Shown: piece by piece, positions 47,387-59,069 of the stretch
Numbering within the stretch: position 1 is the first letter of the stretch
How the letters are laid out: every line of letters starts with the position of its first letter
Source of the DNA: Mycoplasmataceae bacterium
GTDB taxonomy: Bacteria > Bacillota_I > Bacilli_A > Mycoplasmatales > Mycoplasmoidaceae
Assembly (NCBI GenBank): GCA_020024755.1
Contig: JAHHTH010000004.1
Span: 128,024 to 192,023 of the forward strand
Reading direction: 5' to 3'
DNA length: 64,000 nucleotides
Position numbers and translations under genes: made by a program
Notes under the pieces: generated by a model
The model's input: only the letters and a program-made list of their open reading frames with translations
What the model was told of the DNA's origin: nothing
The model's database searches: none

Positions 47387-48523
47387 ATGAATGTATTAGT
47401 GATAACAACATGTAACTACAACTATTTAGGTGGGATAGAAAATTATAATAGACTAATGTATACATCTTTTCCTGACATAAATTTTTACGAAATAGCTACA
47501 TTAGACAGAAAATTTAAAAAGCATTTTAAATTTAATAATGTTGAGAATATTGAAACAAGCATAAATTTAGATCCATATTTTGACGTTGAACTAGATTCAG
47601 CTTATCTTGAATTAAATAATGCGATGGATTTAAGAAAGAATAATAAGAAATTGTCTAAAAAATTGGAATCAATAATTAAGGATAAGAAAATAGATAAAAT
47701 ATTGATATCTGGATATGCTTTCTTTGACAAAAGATTCTTGAAAAAATATAGAAATAAAGTGATTTTTATTCAACACCTTCATATTAATTTTTTGAATTTG
47801 AGATTGTACTATTCTTTTGATCATAATAAATTTTTGGAAAGAAATGATTCTATAAAAAGAAAAATATTTAATAGGATTTTTGAATTTGACTTTGCAAAAT
47901 ATTGCTATAATTTTGTTTGTTGCGACCCTTACTCTGTAGATGAGTTAAGAAAATTTGCGAAGAATAAAAACATAGATTGAACACCTATAATGTCTAGACT
48001 TGTAAATAAGAATGAAGCTATTAGCAAAAAATATGAATTTATATCACCAATTAGAAATTCAAAAGAGAAATCTCCAAAAATGATTAGAAATATCATAAAT
48101 AATATCGGTAATAACTCACTAATTATAGGAACAGATTTTAAAGATAAGAAAGATAATTTTGTGCAATACAAGAGTGCTGTTTCAAATGAAAATGAATTAG
48201 CTTCACTTTATTGCAAATCAAAATATTTGCTTTTAGCATCTAGATATGAAGGGTTTTCAATTGTGTCTGGTGAAGCATTATCTTTAGGTTTACCATGTAT
48301 ACTCCCAAATACTTTTCCATCTGCAAGATATTTAGTGGGAAATAATGAAAGAGGATATATATATAATTGATATGATGACATTGGCACTATAAGCAAAAAT
48401 ATTCAATCTTATATTCAAGGAATAAATTATGAAATTGTGTCAAAAAGATGTATAAAATTTGCAACTGAAAATTTAGATAATAAAACATTTAAAAATAATT
48501 GAGAAAGAATCTTAAAAAGATAA
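47387..48523 (+). CDS. Glycosyltransferase family 4-like, paralogue of 41796-42977
   Basis: ATG 47387 lies just after TATAAT 47373. Track ORFs 47357-47980 and 47990-48370 are in one frame. Shares VITxxNYxxxGGxENxNRxxYxSFPxINF, KKYEFISPIRN and YEGFSIVSGEALSLGLPCILPNTFP with its paralogue. Confidence 0.75.
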
Positions 48524-48555
48524 TTTTATTTTATTGAAATTGTTATAATTTTTAT

Positions 48556-49473
48556 ATGAGATTTTTTGATATTATTATTCCTTCTTATAATTCAGATAAA
48601 TTATTAACTAGATGTATTGAATCTATAAGTGATGATGTATTTAAAATATCAAATGTCATTGTTGTGGATGATGGTTCAAAAGTTGATCAAAGTAAGTTTA
48701 TTCCAAAAAACAAACTCAATAAAATTGTTTTTGTAAAACAAAACAACTCAGGACCTAGTGGAGCAAGAAACACAGGAATAAAAGTATGTAAAAATAAGTA
48801 TATTATATTCGTAGACTCAGATGATATTATAGATTCCAACAAACTATTAAATTTACATAAGCAACTTATTACATTGAACATTGAACCAGATTTAATTAGG
48901 AATGGTTTTATTTGAAAGACACAAAATAAACAAAAATTGATATCTCATAAAAAACCTAAATTATATACAAGCAAAGAGAAATATTTATACAAAAACTTTA
49001 TTTGCAATTTATATTATTGATCCTCATGAACACATATATATAAAAGAGAATTTATATTAAGAAATAATTTATTTTTTAAAGATGGGATTATTGCAGAAGA
49101 TTTAGAACATACAATTAGATCTTACAGATATTTAAATACAATTTTTACTTCAGATATTGAATATTATATTTATGATAATACAAATGTAAACTCCATAACA
49201 TACCAAAGCACCAAAGATTTATCTGAGAATGTTGTAGAAATTATCAAGCAAAATTATGGAAATAAAGCCAATGATATAGCCTTGAATGACTTTATAAATA
49301 TTCTTTATAAGTGGAAAGAAAAATATATTTCTAAGGATAATAGATTCATTAAGAATATTAATTGGAAATTAATGTTAATACCATTTCATTGTTTAAGATA
49401 CAAAACTGGTTTTGTTACATCAGCTTATAAGTTGTTTATTCAAGCTCTTAAAAGTAAAAGAAAGGATTATTAA
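48556..49473 (+). CDS. Glycosyltransferase family 2
   Basis: FDIIIPSYNSDKLLTRCIESI, VVDDGS, GPSGARNTG and the DxD motif FVDSDD. I checked that the frame is open through TGAs. Confidence 0.8.
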
Positions 49474-49475
49474 TT

Positions 49476-50441
49476 ATGAAAATTTCTGCAATATTACCAT
49501 TTTATAAATTAGAACCATGATTACTTCAAAGATGTATAGATTCTATTTGCTCTCAAAACTACAAGGATTGAGAATGTATCATAGTAGATGATGGTTCTCC
49601 AGAAAGATTAGATTTAAAATCATATAATTTGTGGGGCTATGACAAAAAATTTAAACTCATAAGAACTGTAAATCAAGGAAGACCTCAAGCTAGAAATACA
49701 GGTTTTTTGAATTCTACAGGTGATTTAATATGATTCATAGATCCTGATGATTATATTAGACCATTAGTTGCATTTGACAAAATTATCAAAATGTTCAAAT
49801 CCAATGATGTTGATATTGTAAATTTTAGTTTTTATGAATTCACTGATTTTGAAAAATCAGAATCAAAAAATAAGTACACTGGTATAGTTGGGAATAATTC
49901 AGAACTTGATATTACTTTACTTAATGGTTGAAGAACTGAATGAAGAAATGTATATAAAAGAAAATTCTTATTAGAAAATAAAATAATGCACCAAAAATAC
50001 AAAACAATATACGAAGATGTATATTGGGATTTATTAGTAAAAACATATGTGAAAAGTATTTATCTCTCTGATGAATTTCTATATTTCTATGATAGAAGAA
50101 GACACACAAGTATTACAAATACAAAAATGGGTACAAAAAAAATTCAGAATATATTTAGTGTCAATATCACAGAAGCTTATCAATATATAAAACCAGATAG
50201 TGATTCATTATTTTATCTTCATTTGATTTATTATTTTGCTTCACTTCCATATTTAAAAGATAAGGAAATAAAGAAGAACATTGTTCACTATTTTAAATTA
50301 AATAAACAAATTAAATTATCCTGAAAGAAAAAAATTTCACTATTTATTATTAGATCTTATATATTGACACTATTTTACAAATTTACTTTACCACCAACAG
50401 TTTATATATTAACAATCTTGAAACATAAGATAAATTCATAA
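49476..50441 (+). CDS. Glycosyltransferase family 2
   Basis: ISAILPFYKLEPWLLQRCIDSI, IVDDGSP, GRPQARNTG and the DxD motif FIDPDD. Contains track ORF 49986-50324. Confidence 0.8.
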
Positions 50442-50806
50442 TTTCAGTCCGTTAATTGAATTGTGTTACATACAAATAATTTTGGTTTGTTTAATTTGAT
50501 AGAGTTAATAACATTTGTTGCATTCAATGGATTTAATGCAGAAAAAATGTTTAATAAATTAAAAGGAAAATTATCTAACGAAGGCAATTTCATTAAGTGC
50601 AGATGCTGTTGTTAATACAAAATATTACCAGTATGTTCTGGAACTACTTATACAGCTATTGGTACAGTTGTTAGATATAAAAAAGATTAGAATAATATGA
50701 AATAACTTTTAGTAATGTAATAAATGTATATTTTAATTTATATGTATTTATATGTATTTTACTTCTAATAGGTCTTTGGATTATAATAATTTTTAGAGGG
50801 TTTATT

Positions 50807-51370
50807 ATGGCAAAATCAACATGTTTTATTTCATATTCTCATGAGAAACAGAATAAAAAGAAATTTAATGCCTTATGTAATATGATAAATAATTCCAAAA
50901 AATTGGATAATTATTCTGAAAGAGATGATAAATCAAAACTAACTGATGAATCTATTTGATCTTATTTATATAAAAGAATATCTGGTGCAACTATTACAAT
51001 TGTATTACTTACAAGAGACCTATTCTATGAAAATAAAGATAAGATAAATTATAAGAGGGGGAGTTTTTTAGAATCAGGATGAATATACAATGAGATTTGT
51101 GCCTCACTTAAAAACAAAAAGAATAATAGTTTAAATGGAATTATATGTGTATTCGATGAAGCTGTTGAAAAAATAATAGTTGATGGAAATAATATTATTT
51201 TAGATAGACTTCCAGAAATTCTTGCAATGAATGCAGAATATATTGTTTGAGCTAGATATGATGATTTTATGAACAATCATTTATCATACATTAATTCATC
51301 TAAACAAAAACGTCTTAACCAAATAAAATTGACAAAATACAAAATCAATTACGGATTACACAAGAGGTAG
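50807..51370 (+). CDS. TIR-like domain protein (DUF1863 / ThsB-like), copy 1
   Basis: 187-aa frame through TGAs reading CFISYSHE, ESIWSYLYKRISGATITIVLLTRDL, ESGWIYNEICASL and LNGIICVF. Confidence 0.78.
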
Positions 51371-51490
51371 AAAATGATTGATAAATTTCTGTCAATTTTA
51401 ATAGTTTATGAGTGATATTAATTTATTGATAGATAACTAAATAACTTGAAATTTAAATGATATATAACTATTAAAGAGGTATTTAATTTA

Positions 51491-52033
51491 TGGCTACAAC
51501 ATGTTTCATTTCATATTCTCATGATAATATCAATAAAGAAAAAGTAACAAAAATTTCAAACATAGTTAATGGCTCTTCGAAGCTAATTAATTTTTCTGAA
51601 AGAGAAGATAAATCTATGTATTCAGAAGAAACTATATGAAAATATTTGCATGATAGAATTGCAGGATCAACATGCACTATTTTGTTCCTCACTGAGGATT
51701 TACTAACATATAATAATTACAAGTTAGGATATGTTAGAAATAATTTTATTGAATCAGGATGAGTTTATAATGAGATATCTGCCTCATTAAGGGATTGAAA
51801 AGATAATAGAATAAATGGAATCGTTTGTGTAGTAGAAGATCATCTTGCTAGTTATATTGCAGATTCTTCAGGCAAAATTGATGAGAACAAACTTCATGAA
51901 ATACTTGCTGTCAATTCTGAATATATTGTATGAGTTATGTATAGTGAATTTCTTAAAAATCCACATGAGTTTATTGATATTGCAAAAGCGAAAAGAGATG
52001 AACAAATAAAGTCGGGGGAATTCCGCCTATAAA
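51491..52033 (+). CDS. TIR-like domain protein (DUF1863 / ThsB-like), copy 2
   Basis: 180-aa frame reading CFISYSHD, ETIWKYLHDRIAGSTCTILFLTEDL, ESGWVYNEISASLRDW and RINGIVCVV. Confidence 0.78.
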
Positions 52034-52088
52034 ATAGTTTATGATCTTCATTCTAGATAATCAATGCTAATTATAGATTAAACAAATT

Positions 52089-52112
52089 AATAGTATCTTT
52101 TCAGATACTATT
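52089..52112. terminator. Bidirectional hairpin between convergent genes
   Basis: Perfect 10-bp stem AATAGTATCT-TTTC-AGATACTATT between the stops at 52033 (+) and 52135 (-). Confidence 0.6.
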
Positions 52113-52134
52113 AAGAATTAGATAACAAGATAAT

Positions 52135-52632
52135 CTATCTTATTAATATTGTTATTATTAAGGCAACAATGTCAATTGCTAAAATATTGATTCATAGTAG
52201 GCTAACTCAAGATTTATATTTTTTTATTCTAAATTTAAAGCTTCCATTTGCCTTTTCCTTTAATTGTTTTTTAGATTGAATGTAGTTTATTGAAGCTATT
52301 TCTTTTCAAGGATTTTCTTTATTGCATAATTCTTCTAAATTTATTTCAAGTAGATTATTATATATGTTGACAAAAACTCTTTCATTATTTAAGTTTACTG
52401 CAAAGCAATAGAACATCACAATTGTTGTTAATACCATAATCCCAGCAATTGTGATTCTTGCATAGTTTATCATATTCAATGAAAAAATTAAAGGCAATAA
52501 TATCCCAGAGATAATCAGGTTAATTGATAAAAGAGTATAACCTATATTCGATAATCTTGTAATTGTAGATTGAATATTATTTAGTCTGTTAATGTGAAAA
52601 TTACTAATTTGTTCTATGTCATGTTTCTTCAT
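52135..52632 (-). CDS. Small three-TM membrane protein downstream of TIR copy 3
   Basis: Track ORF 52306-52632 extends through three TGAs to TAG 52135 (165 aa). Hydrophobic helices LLSINLIISGILLPLIFSL, ITIAGIMVLTTIVMFYCFAV and WVSLLWINILAIDIVALIITILI. Its start lies 8 nt after the upstream stop. Confidence 0.6.
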
Positions 52633-52640
52633 GTGTTTAC

Positions 52641-53252
52641 CTATCTATTATGAAAATCATATTTTATTCAATATGTATTATTTTTTATATGATCATCTCT
52701 TTTTCTTCTTGCATCATCCAATCAGCTATCTGTTTTTTGCATAAATTGTTCATATGTACAGACAGTTATGAAACTAGTCGTTGGATTATACTTACAATTA
52801 TCTATTGATGCACCTACTTCTCTAACGCCTTTCATATTATTTATATTTGCATTAATTATTTCTCTTTCATGTTTATATAAACTATTTTTATATGATTTAT
52901 TTGATGTGCAATCTACAATAAGCAAACCATTTATTCTGTTATTATCTCAGTCCCTTAGGGAACATGATATTTCTTTATATACCCAACCTGATGACATAAA
53001 ATCATTACCTGGTAATAATTTATGTCTATTTGTCGATATTAAATCATCTGTAAGCAATAAAACAGTTACTGAAGAACCTTTGATTCTATTCTGTAAATAT
53101 TTTCATATTGTTTCATCTGAACAATGAGATCTATCAACTTTTTCACTATAATCATATGCCAATCCCTTTTCCGTCATATGAGATACAACTCTATCTTTTA
53201 ATTTTTCATTTTCATTTGTGAACGAAAATGATATGAATGTGTTATTAGCCAT
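52641..53252 (-). CDS. TIR-like domain protein (DUF1863 / ThsB-like), copy 3
   Basis: ATG 53252 after AGGAG. 203-aa frame containing track ORF 52722-52925 and reading FISFSF, ETIWKYLQNRIKGSSVTVLLLTDDL, SSGWVYKEISCSLRDW and RINGLLIV. Confidence 0.78.
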
Positions 53253-53541
53253 AAATACTCCTTTAATAAATACTATTTATTTTCTAAATATACAATTTGC
53301 TAGATAATTATTACTAATACTTAAAATGTGCTTAATATATTATTTTCTTAATTTAGATTTAATGATTAATAAAAATTATCCTATTTAATTCTATATTAAC
53401 ATATTACAAAATTGTTTAAATTCACTAAAGCTTTGATAATAGTTTAAATTTGCTAAAGCATCTTTTGAAAGTTTTAAAATCTATTATGTATTAATATCAT
53501 AAAAATCATATTTTAGATACATAAGTGGTATTCTAATATGT

Positions 53542-54195
53542 ATGGAAGATTTTATTGATAAATTTGAAGCAATAAGTAAAAAATCATATTTAGAAGAAAA
53601 TGATGAATATGTTAAACACATAGAGGTAGGCTTAAAACAAATTGATAAACTATCAAATATTTTATTACCCTATGAAATAAATGTAAAAGCACAATCATGA
53701 TATAAAAACATTGTTGAACTCCACTTGAAAGATGCTTACAAATTCTATGAAGATTGTAAACGCAATGACATTAATATTGCAAAAAGTAATGATATATGAA
53801 TTAGAAAAAATTTTAAGAGTTTTATGTCTGAAGTTGAAAAATTTACTAAATTCTTTGTTAAATCATGTTCTGAAGAAAATGCTAATGATTTTTGTAAAGC
53901 AATTGATTCTATTAAAAAAGTAGTTAATAGTAATATTGATATATTTCCTTGTGACATACAAATGAATGAAACTATTGAATGTATATGCAATCAATTACAC
54001 CATTGAAGACAAGTGTACAATAAAAATAAACATGAATCAGATCATATGGATAATGTATATTATTTTAATAACAATAAAGATACATTAAATATTGTTGGTG
54101 CAAGTGTATTAGAATATGTTTCTGATAGTATTTACCAAATTATAATGCCGTTGCTATTCATTTTAGTTCAGATAAAAGAAAGACAAGATAAATAG
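53542..54195 (+). CDS. Hypothetical protein (217 aa, helical, Cys-rich centre)
   Basis: ATG 53542. Track ORFs 53824-54006 and 54013-54195 are in the same frame, joined through TGAs. No family recognised. Confidence 0.5.
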
Positions 54196-54291
54196 TTTTA
54201 TTATTTAAACACAATAAAGAATAATGTGAAATTTTAAACAAAATAAAGAAATGGACTATATGATGAAACAAGAAATATAATTCAATCTGTT

Positions 54292-54768
54292 ATGGAAAAA
54301 GATATTAGGAGTTGTAGTTATGTTGAACCTAATAATGATAATATAAAATATCTAGACATACACTATAGAGAATTTAGATGGGAAGGGGATACACTTGTAG
54401 ATTCTTCGGATGATGTAATAAGTTCTATGCGTGATAATGATGGGCAGATACCTGATGAATTTTTTTCGAAAAGGAACAAACAATTACAATATTTTTATAT
54501 TGGTCAGGAAAAAACAAAAAACAATTTTATATATTAATTTAAATGGTTTGCACACTTTTTCATCAATTTCCAATTAGAGGATGCAAATGAAGATGCTGAT
54601 AATTCAATCGACATAAACTGAGAAAACATTGATGAGGTTAATATTAAAAAAATTCTAGATGATTTTTATGAGAAAGTATTAATAATTATTTCTGGATTAT
54701 TAAAAGATGATAATACTATGTTTTTAATGATGATGAAAAGTGAACTATCTAAGCAATATAACAAATAA
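54292..54768 (+). pseudogene. Hypothetical ORF interrupted by an in-frame TAA
   Basis: Track ORF 54292-54537 ends at TAA 54535. The same frame stays open (one TGA) for another 76 codons to TAA 54766. Confidence 0.35.
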
Positions 54769-54906
54769 TGCAACTAATGTGAATAAACAGGAACTAAATG
54801 ATAGCAATTTTGAAATATAGCTTCTGGAGAATCTATACATTTCAAGCAGAATTATATTGATAACAATATATTAGGTGAATATGAGATATTATTACTTTAC
54901 AAAAAA

Positions 54907-54922
54907 TGTAAAATACTTTACA
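54907..54922. promoter_or_regulatory. Candidate operator palindrome upstream of the HTH-OLD operon
   Basis: TGTAAA-ATAC-TTTACA perfect inverted repeat, with a third TGTAAAAT half-site at 54928 and TATAGT (-10-like) at 54942. Confidence 0.4.
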
Positions 54923-54963
54923 AAATTTGTAAAATATGTGTTATAGTATTTTTGGAGTGTACC

Positions 54964-55413
54964 ATGGACTTAAAAAGAAGATTAAGTGATTTACATCTAG
55001 GAATTACTGAATTATCAGAATACATTCATATTTCTAGACCTACATTGTATAAGTTCATTTCATTATATGATTCAAATAATAAAAAAGATGTTCCTAACAA
55101 CATTACTAAATTGTTTGATTTTATAATGAAAAATGAGCTAATAGGTAAAAATAATGTAATCAATTATATTTTCAATGAAATTTTATTAATCCGTAAGAAT
55201 GATAATGAATTAATTAATCAATTAGTTTTTTTTGATAAGAATTCAAAAAAATATAAATTCATTGAGCATATAGTTTCGCATAATAACATGGACTCCATAG
55301 TTTACTTTTTGGTTGATATTATAAACATTAGTTCTAAAACTAAAAGATCTGATAGTGAAAAAAAGAAATTAGATATCTACGAAGAAATACTAAATGAAAT
55401 TAAAGAGGGGTAA
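54964..55413 (+). CDS. Putative helix-turn-helix DNA-binding protein
   Basis: ATG 54964 lies 7 nt after GGAG. The N-terminus LGITELSEYIHISRPTLYKFI looks like an HTH. Ends 6 nt before the OLD gene. Confidence 0.55.
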   Translation: MDLKRRLSDLHLGITELSEYIHISRPTLYKFISLYDSNNKKDVPNNITKLFDFIMKNELIGKNNVINYIFNEILLIRKNDNELINQLVFFDKNSKKYKFIEHIVSHNNMDSIVYFLVDIINISSKTKRSDSEKKKLDIYEEILNEIKEG

Positions 55414-55419
55414 TTTATT

Positions 55420-57264
55420 ATGAAGTTTAAAACAAGTAAGTTTATATTCAAAAATTTTAGAAATATTGGAATTAAAAGAGAAGAGTATTTTAATATTGGA
55501 AATTATTCTGAAGGATGTGGAAATAAAAATGGTGATTTGGTCATTATAATTGGAGCAAATAATACCGGTAAATCAAACATTATAGATGGGATTTTTAAGT
55601 TTGCAAATAATGCAATTGATATTAATAGAGATAAAACAAATTTAGATTTTGATGAAGATAGAAAGAATATATCTATAGATTTTGAGAATAGCAAAACTCA
55701 AATAAAAAACTGCAACAACAAGATCGATATTATTAGTAATGATAATAAAGAACGTCTTGAATTACTAAAAAAAGAGTTCATAGAAATTGCAAGAGAAAAA
55801 TTTTCTAAAGAAGAATTTGAATGTATGAAAATGTATATACCTAATGAGTCACTAGATGGTTTCCTTGATGTAGTTCAAAATATTGGATATTCTTTGAGCA
55901 TTAATTGTGGGTACTTTGGAGGTCCTTATAGTTATCGCTACAATAATATTTCAATTAACAAAACTAATTTGTCAGAATTTTCTTCCTTTACTAGCAATTT
56001 TAGAAAACTATATGATAGTGTTAAAAACAAAAAAATTCCTTTTAAAGTATTAAAATATAGCGATCAAAACCAATTTAGTAATTCAGATTTAAGAATATCA
56101 TTAGATGCAGCATATATAAAGCAAAACAATTTTTGAAGAAACTTATTTGCAAAAATTGATTTTAATGTTGAGGAACTACAAAATTCAGCACAAACTGCTA
56201 CTACTCAGACTAATTATGGAATCCTTGAAAAACAAGAAGCAAAGATTAATAAATTATTAGAAAATAAAGTATCAAAAAAATTTAATAAATTATATACATT
56301 TGGAAAAACAAATTATGAATTTAAAGTTAGAATAGAAAGCAATAATATTAATTTGTTAATATATGAAAATAATGAACCTATTACGCTAGAATATCAATCC
56401 ACAGGATTCAAGTGATTCTTCACACTTTACTTTAATAACATTTTAGAAACTTTAACTAATGGAGATATTTTACTACTAGATGAACCAGGAGTTTATCTTC
56501 ATGCTAACGGACAAATTGAATTAAGAAAGTTTCTTAAGCAATTAGCTAAAGAAAAAGACATTAATATAATACTGACAACTCATTCTCCATTCATGATTGA
56601 TTTAGATTATCTGGATGAAATTAGAACTGTAACTAAAGTGAATGGCTGTATTAAAATCAATAATAAATTTTCTCTAATTGATATTCCAAATCCCGATGAA
56701 AGTGATGATCCAGATAGTATAGATGTATTAAATGAAATTAAGTCAGCTTTAACTATTAGTAAAAATGTGTTATTCAAGGAAGAATCTAAAGTATTCTTTG
56801 TTGAAGGTATTACAGACTATAACTATTTAACTGGAATGAAACAAATATTAGGGGAAGAGTATAAAGATTTAATCTTTCTTCCGATAAATGGTTTAGGTAA
56901 AGATAAGAAGCAACAACAATTGATAATTGAAAAAATAGTTAAATTATGAAAATATGAACCAATTATTTTAACAGATTCAGATGGTGAAAATGGGGTTGGT
57001 AAAAAATTCAAAAAATTAGTAGAAGAACTAAAAGCAGGATTAACAGTTTTGAATCTTGATGATTTGGTTGAATCTTTCAGTGGCACAATTGAAGATGTAT
57101 TCTCTGAGAATGATAGAAAAAGAATATGCTTTGATAGTGAAGGAAAATTACAAAAAACATTTAATGCATCTGCATCATTTAAAAAATATGCTGATTCACT
57201 TCAATTAGAAGAAGAAACTATTAATAACTTTAAAAAAATATTTGATAGTTTAATGTTACAGTAA
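55420..57264 (+). CDS. OLD-family nuclease (ABC-type ATPase + C-terminal Toprim)
   Basis: Three track ORFs in one frame (614 aa), with gaps checked. Walker A GANNTGKSN, QSTGFKWFF, Walker B LLLDEPGVYLH, TTHSP. Toprim glutamate FFVEGITDYNYL and DxD ILTDSDGENG. Confidence 0.85.
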
Positions 57265-57361
57265 GAAGTCTAATAACTCTACATATTTAATATCTTTGAG
57301 CATTTCCCGATTTGTGTATAATATTTATGTAGTGTCCTCATTTAAAACCGAGCGAACAACG

Positions 57362-57389
57362 AATAAAGCTGGAGCAATCCAGCTTTATT
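57362..57389 (+). terminator. Rho-independent terminator after the OLD gene
   Basis: AATAAAGCTGGA-GCAA-TCCAGCTTTATT hairpin followed by TCTGTTT. Confidence 0.6.
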
Positions 57390-57564
57390 CTGTTTATATA
57401 GAAGGTTTCACTTATATCTCAAAATAGTTAGTTCAAAATATGTAGAAACATTACAATCACACTATATTCAACTCCAAAGATTATGCGATAAAAATAGCAA
57501 GCTAAAAGCAAATAGCTTATGAATCTTTATCTCAAACCATTAATAAACTGTAAAAAATAAATGG

Positions 57565-59025
57565 TTATCTTTTAATATTAAAATCATTTTTTCTAGATGA
57601 TGGTATAAATTTATTTTTGAATTGTTGTATCTTGTATTTAATAAATTTATCATATTTAATTACAATTCAGTATAAAATAACATCCACAATAAAATCAACT
57701 AATAATCCGAATCCAAACATTAAAGCTATTGATTCGAGTGATGGGATTCATGCACCAGTCTTATAACAAATATAGTAAATTGGATAGAAGATTAAATTTA
57801 CTATTATAGTCTGAAGCAAAAAAATACCAATTCTACCTTCTGCAATGAATCATGCATCTAATGGTGAACTTAAAGCATAACAAATATAGAAAGCGAATAG
57901 TAACATGATAATCTTATAGACAGAAGAAGCATCATCTACATTCATAATAGTGTGAATAAATGGTTTATATGCAGGAATAGTAATAGCTCAAATTAAAATA
58001 AAGACAAGTGTTAAACCATAGTAGAATGTCATTTTATAATTTCTATCTTTTATAGGGTCATCAAAGATAACTTGAGAAGCATATGTTTCTTTTATGAACA
58101 GAGATAGCATTGTAATAGGCATTAACATTCATGTTCAAATAAAACTATTGGCTACTCAGTAAGTTCCTTGTTCTCCAACTAGTGCCATCATTTTGATGAT
58201 CATATATGAAAATACCACATTCCTAATAAGAGTTTCGGCTCCAGCTAACAGAAAGTTTTTAAAATATAGAATAATATTCGATTTGTTAAATAAGAAACAA
58301 TTGTCTAACTTATAAGTAAACATAGCACTGGATGGCAATAAAAAATAAATTATACTAGCTAAAAGAAATAATACACTTGATACTATTGAACTTATTCCAA
58401 GACCTTTATATTCTAATTTTAATGAGAATGAATTGTCACTTACAATAAATAGGTCTAGCATTGTATTGGAAATTAAATATAAGGCATTGACTATTATACC
58501 CATTCAAAGATAACCAGGTAATCTCAAAATAGAGAATGAAACAATTAAATAACTAGCAAAGTTAGTTAAGAATATAGCCCAAACTTGATACATCATATAT
58601 TCAAGTGACTTGGATCTAGTTATTGAGTCCAGGTTAGCATTATCAAGAATTGGATTTAAGCAAGCAAAGATAATGATGCTAAATAATAAGAAAAGTCCAA
58701 AAACAATTAAAGTTAATGATGTAAATGAACCCTTTATTTGTTCACTTACATTTTTCTCTTCATCCATCTTATCCTTAATTTTTGATAATCAAAAGAACAT
58801 TGGGACAATAATCGCTTCTGTAATTATTTCATAGGCAATATTCAATCATTGTATTTGAGATGCAATAGTATAACTAGAACCATCATTTATATCACCAATA
58901 AAGTATATTCTTACTGTTTGATAGATTGCAGGAATTAAAATTGTTAAAGCAATAATCAAAAATAATTTTCAATTAAAGTTTTTAAGAAATAGTTTTCAAT
59001 CATTTTTATTTAGTTTTATTTTCAT
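57565..59025 (-). CDS. MATE / polysaccharide-flippase-like multi-pass transporter
   Basis: 486-aa frame joining track ORFs 58156-58503 and 58504-58767 through many TGAs, with ~12 hydrophobic segments. The family call rests on size and topology plus MatE-like loops only. Confidence 0.55.
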
Positions 59026-59069
59026 ATAATACACCCTCTTATAATTATATTGGCAACTAATTATTTATT

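Noticed and set aside
50460-50700. Stop-interrupted frame ...FIKCRCCC*YKILPVCSGTTYTAIGTVVRYKKD, vaguely like the zinc-ribbon N-terminus of IS1595-type transposases. This would mark an island junction.
   Set aside because: The similarity is too weak to assert by eye, there is no transposase body, and there are no terminal inverted repeats. A profile search of the three frames would be needed.
57317-57395. TATAAT at 57317 followed by a terminator 45 nt later, as a possible ~65-nt sRNA. It shares CCGAGCG with the 59.3-kb segment.
   Set aside because: The more parsimonious reading is that the hairpin terminates the HTH-OLD operon. -10-like hexamers arise by chance in DNA this AT-rich, and the 7-nt match is too short to be meaningful.
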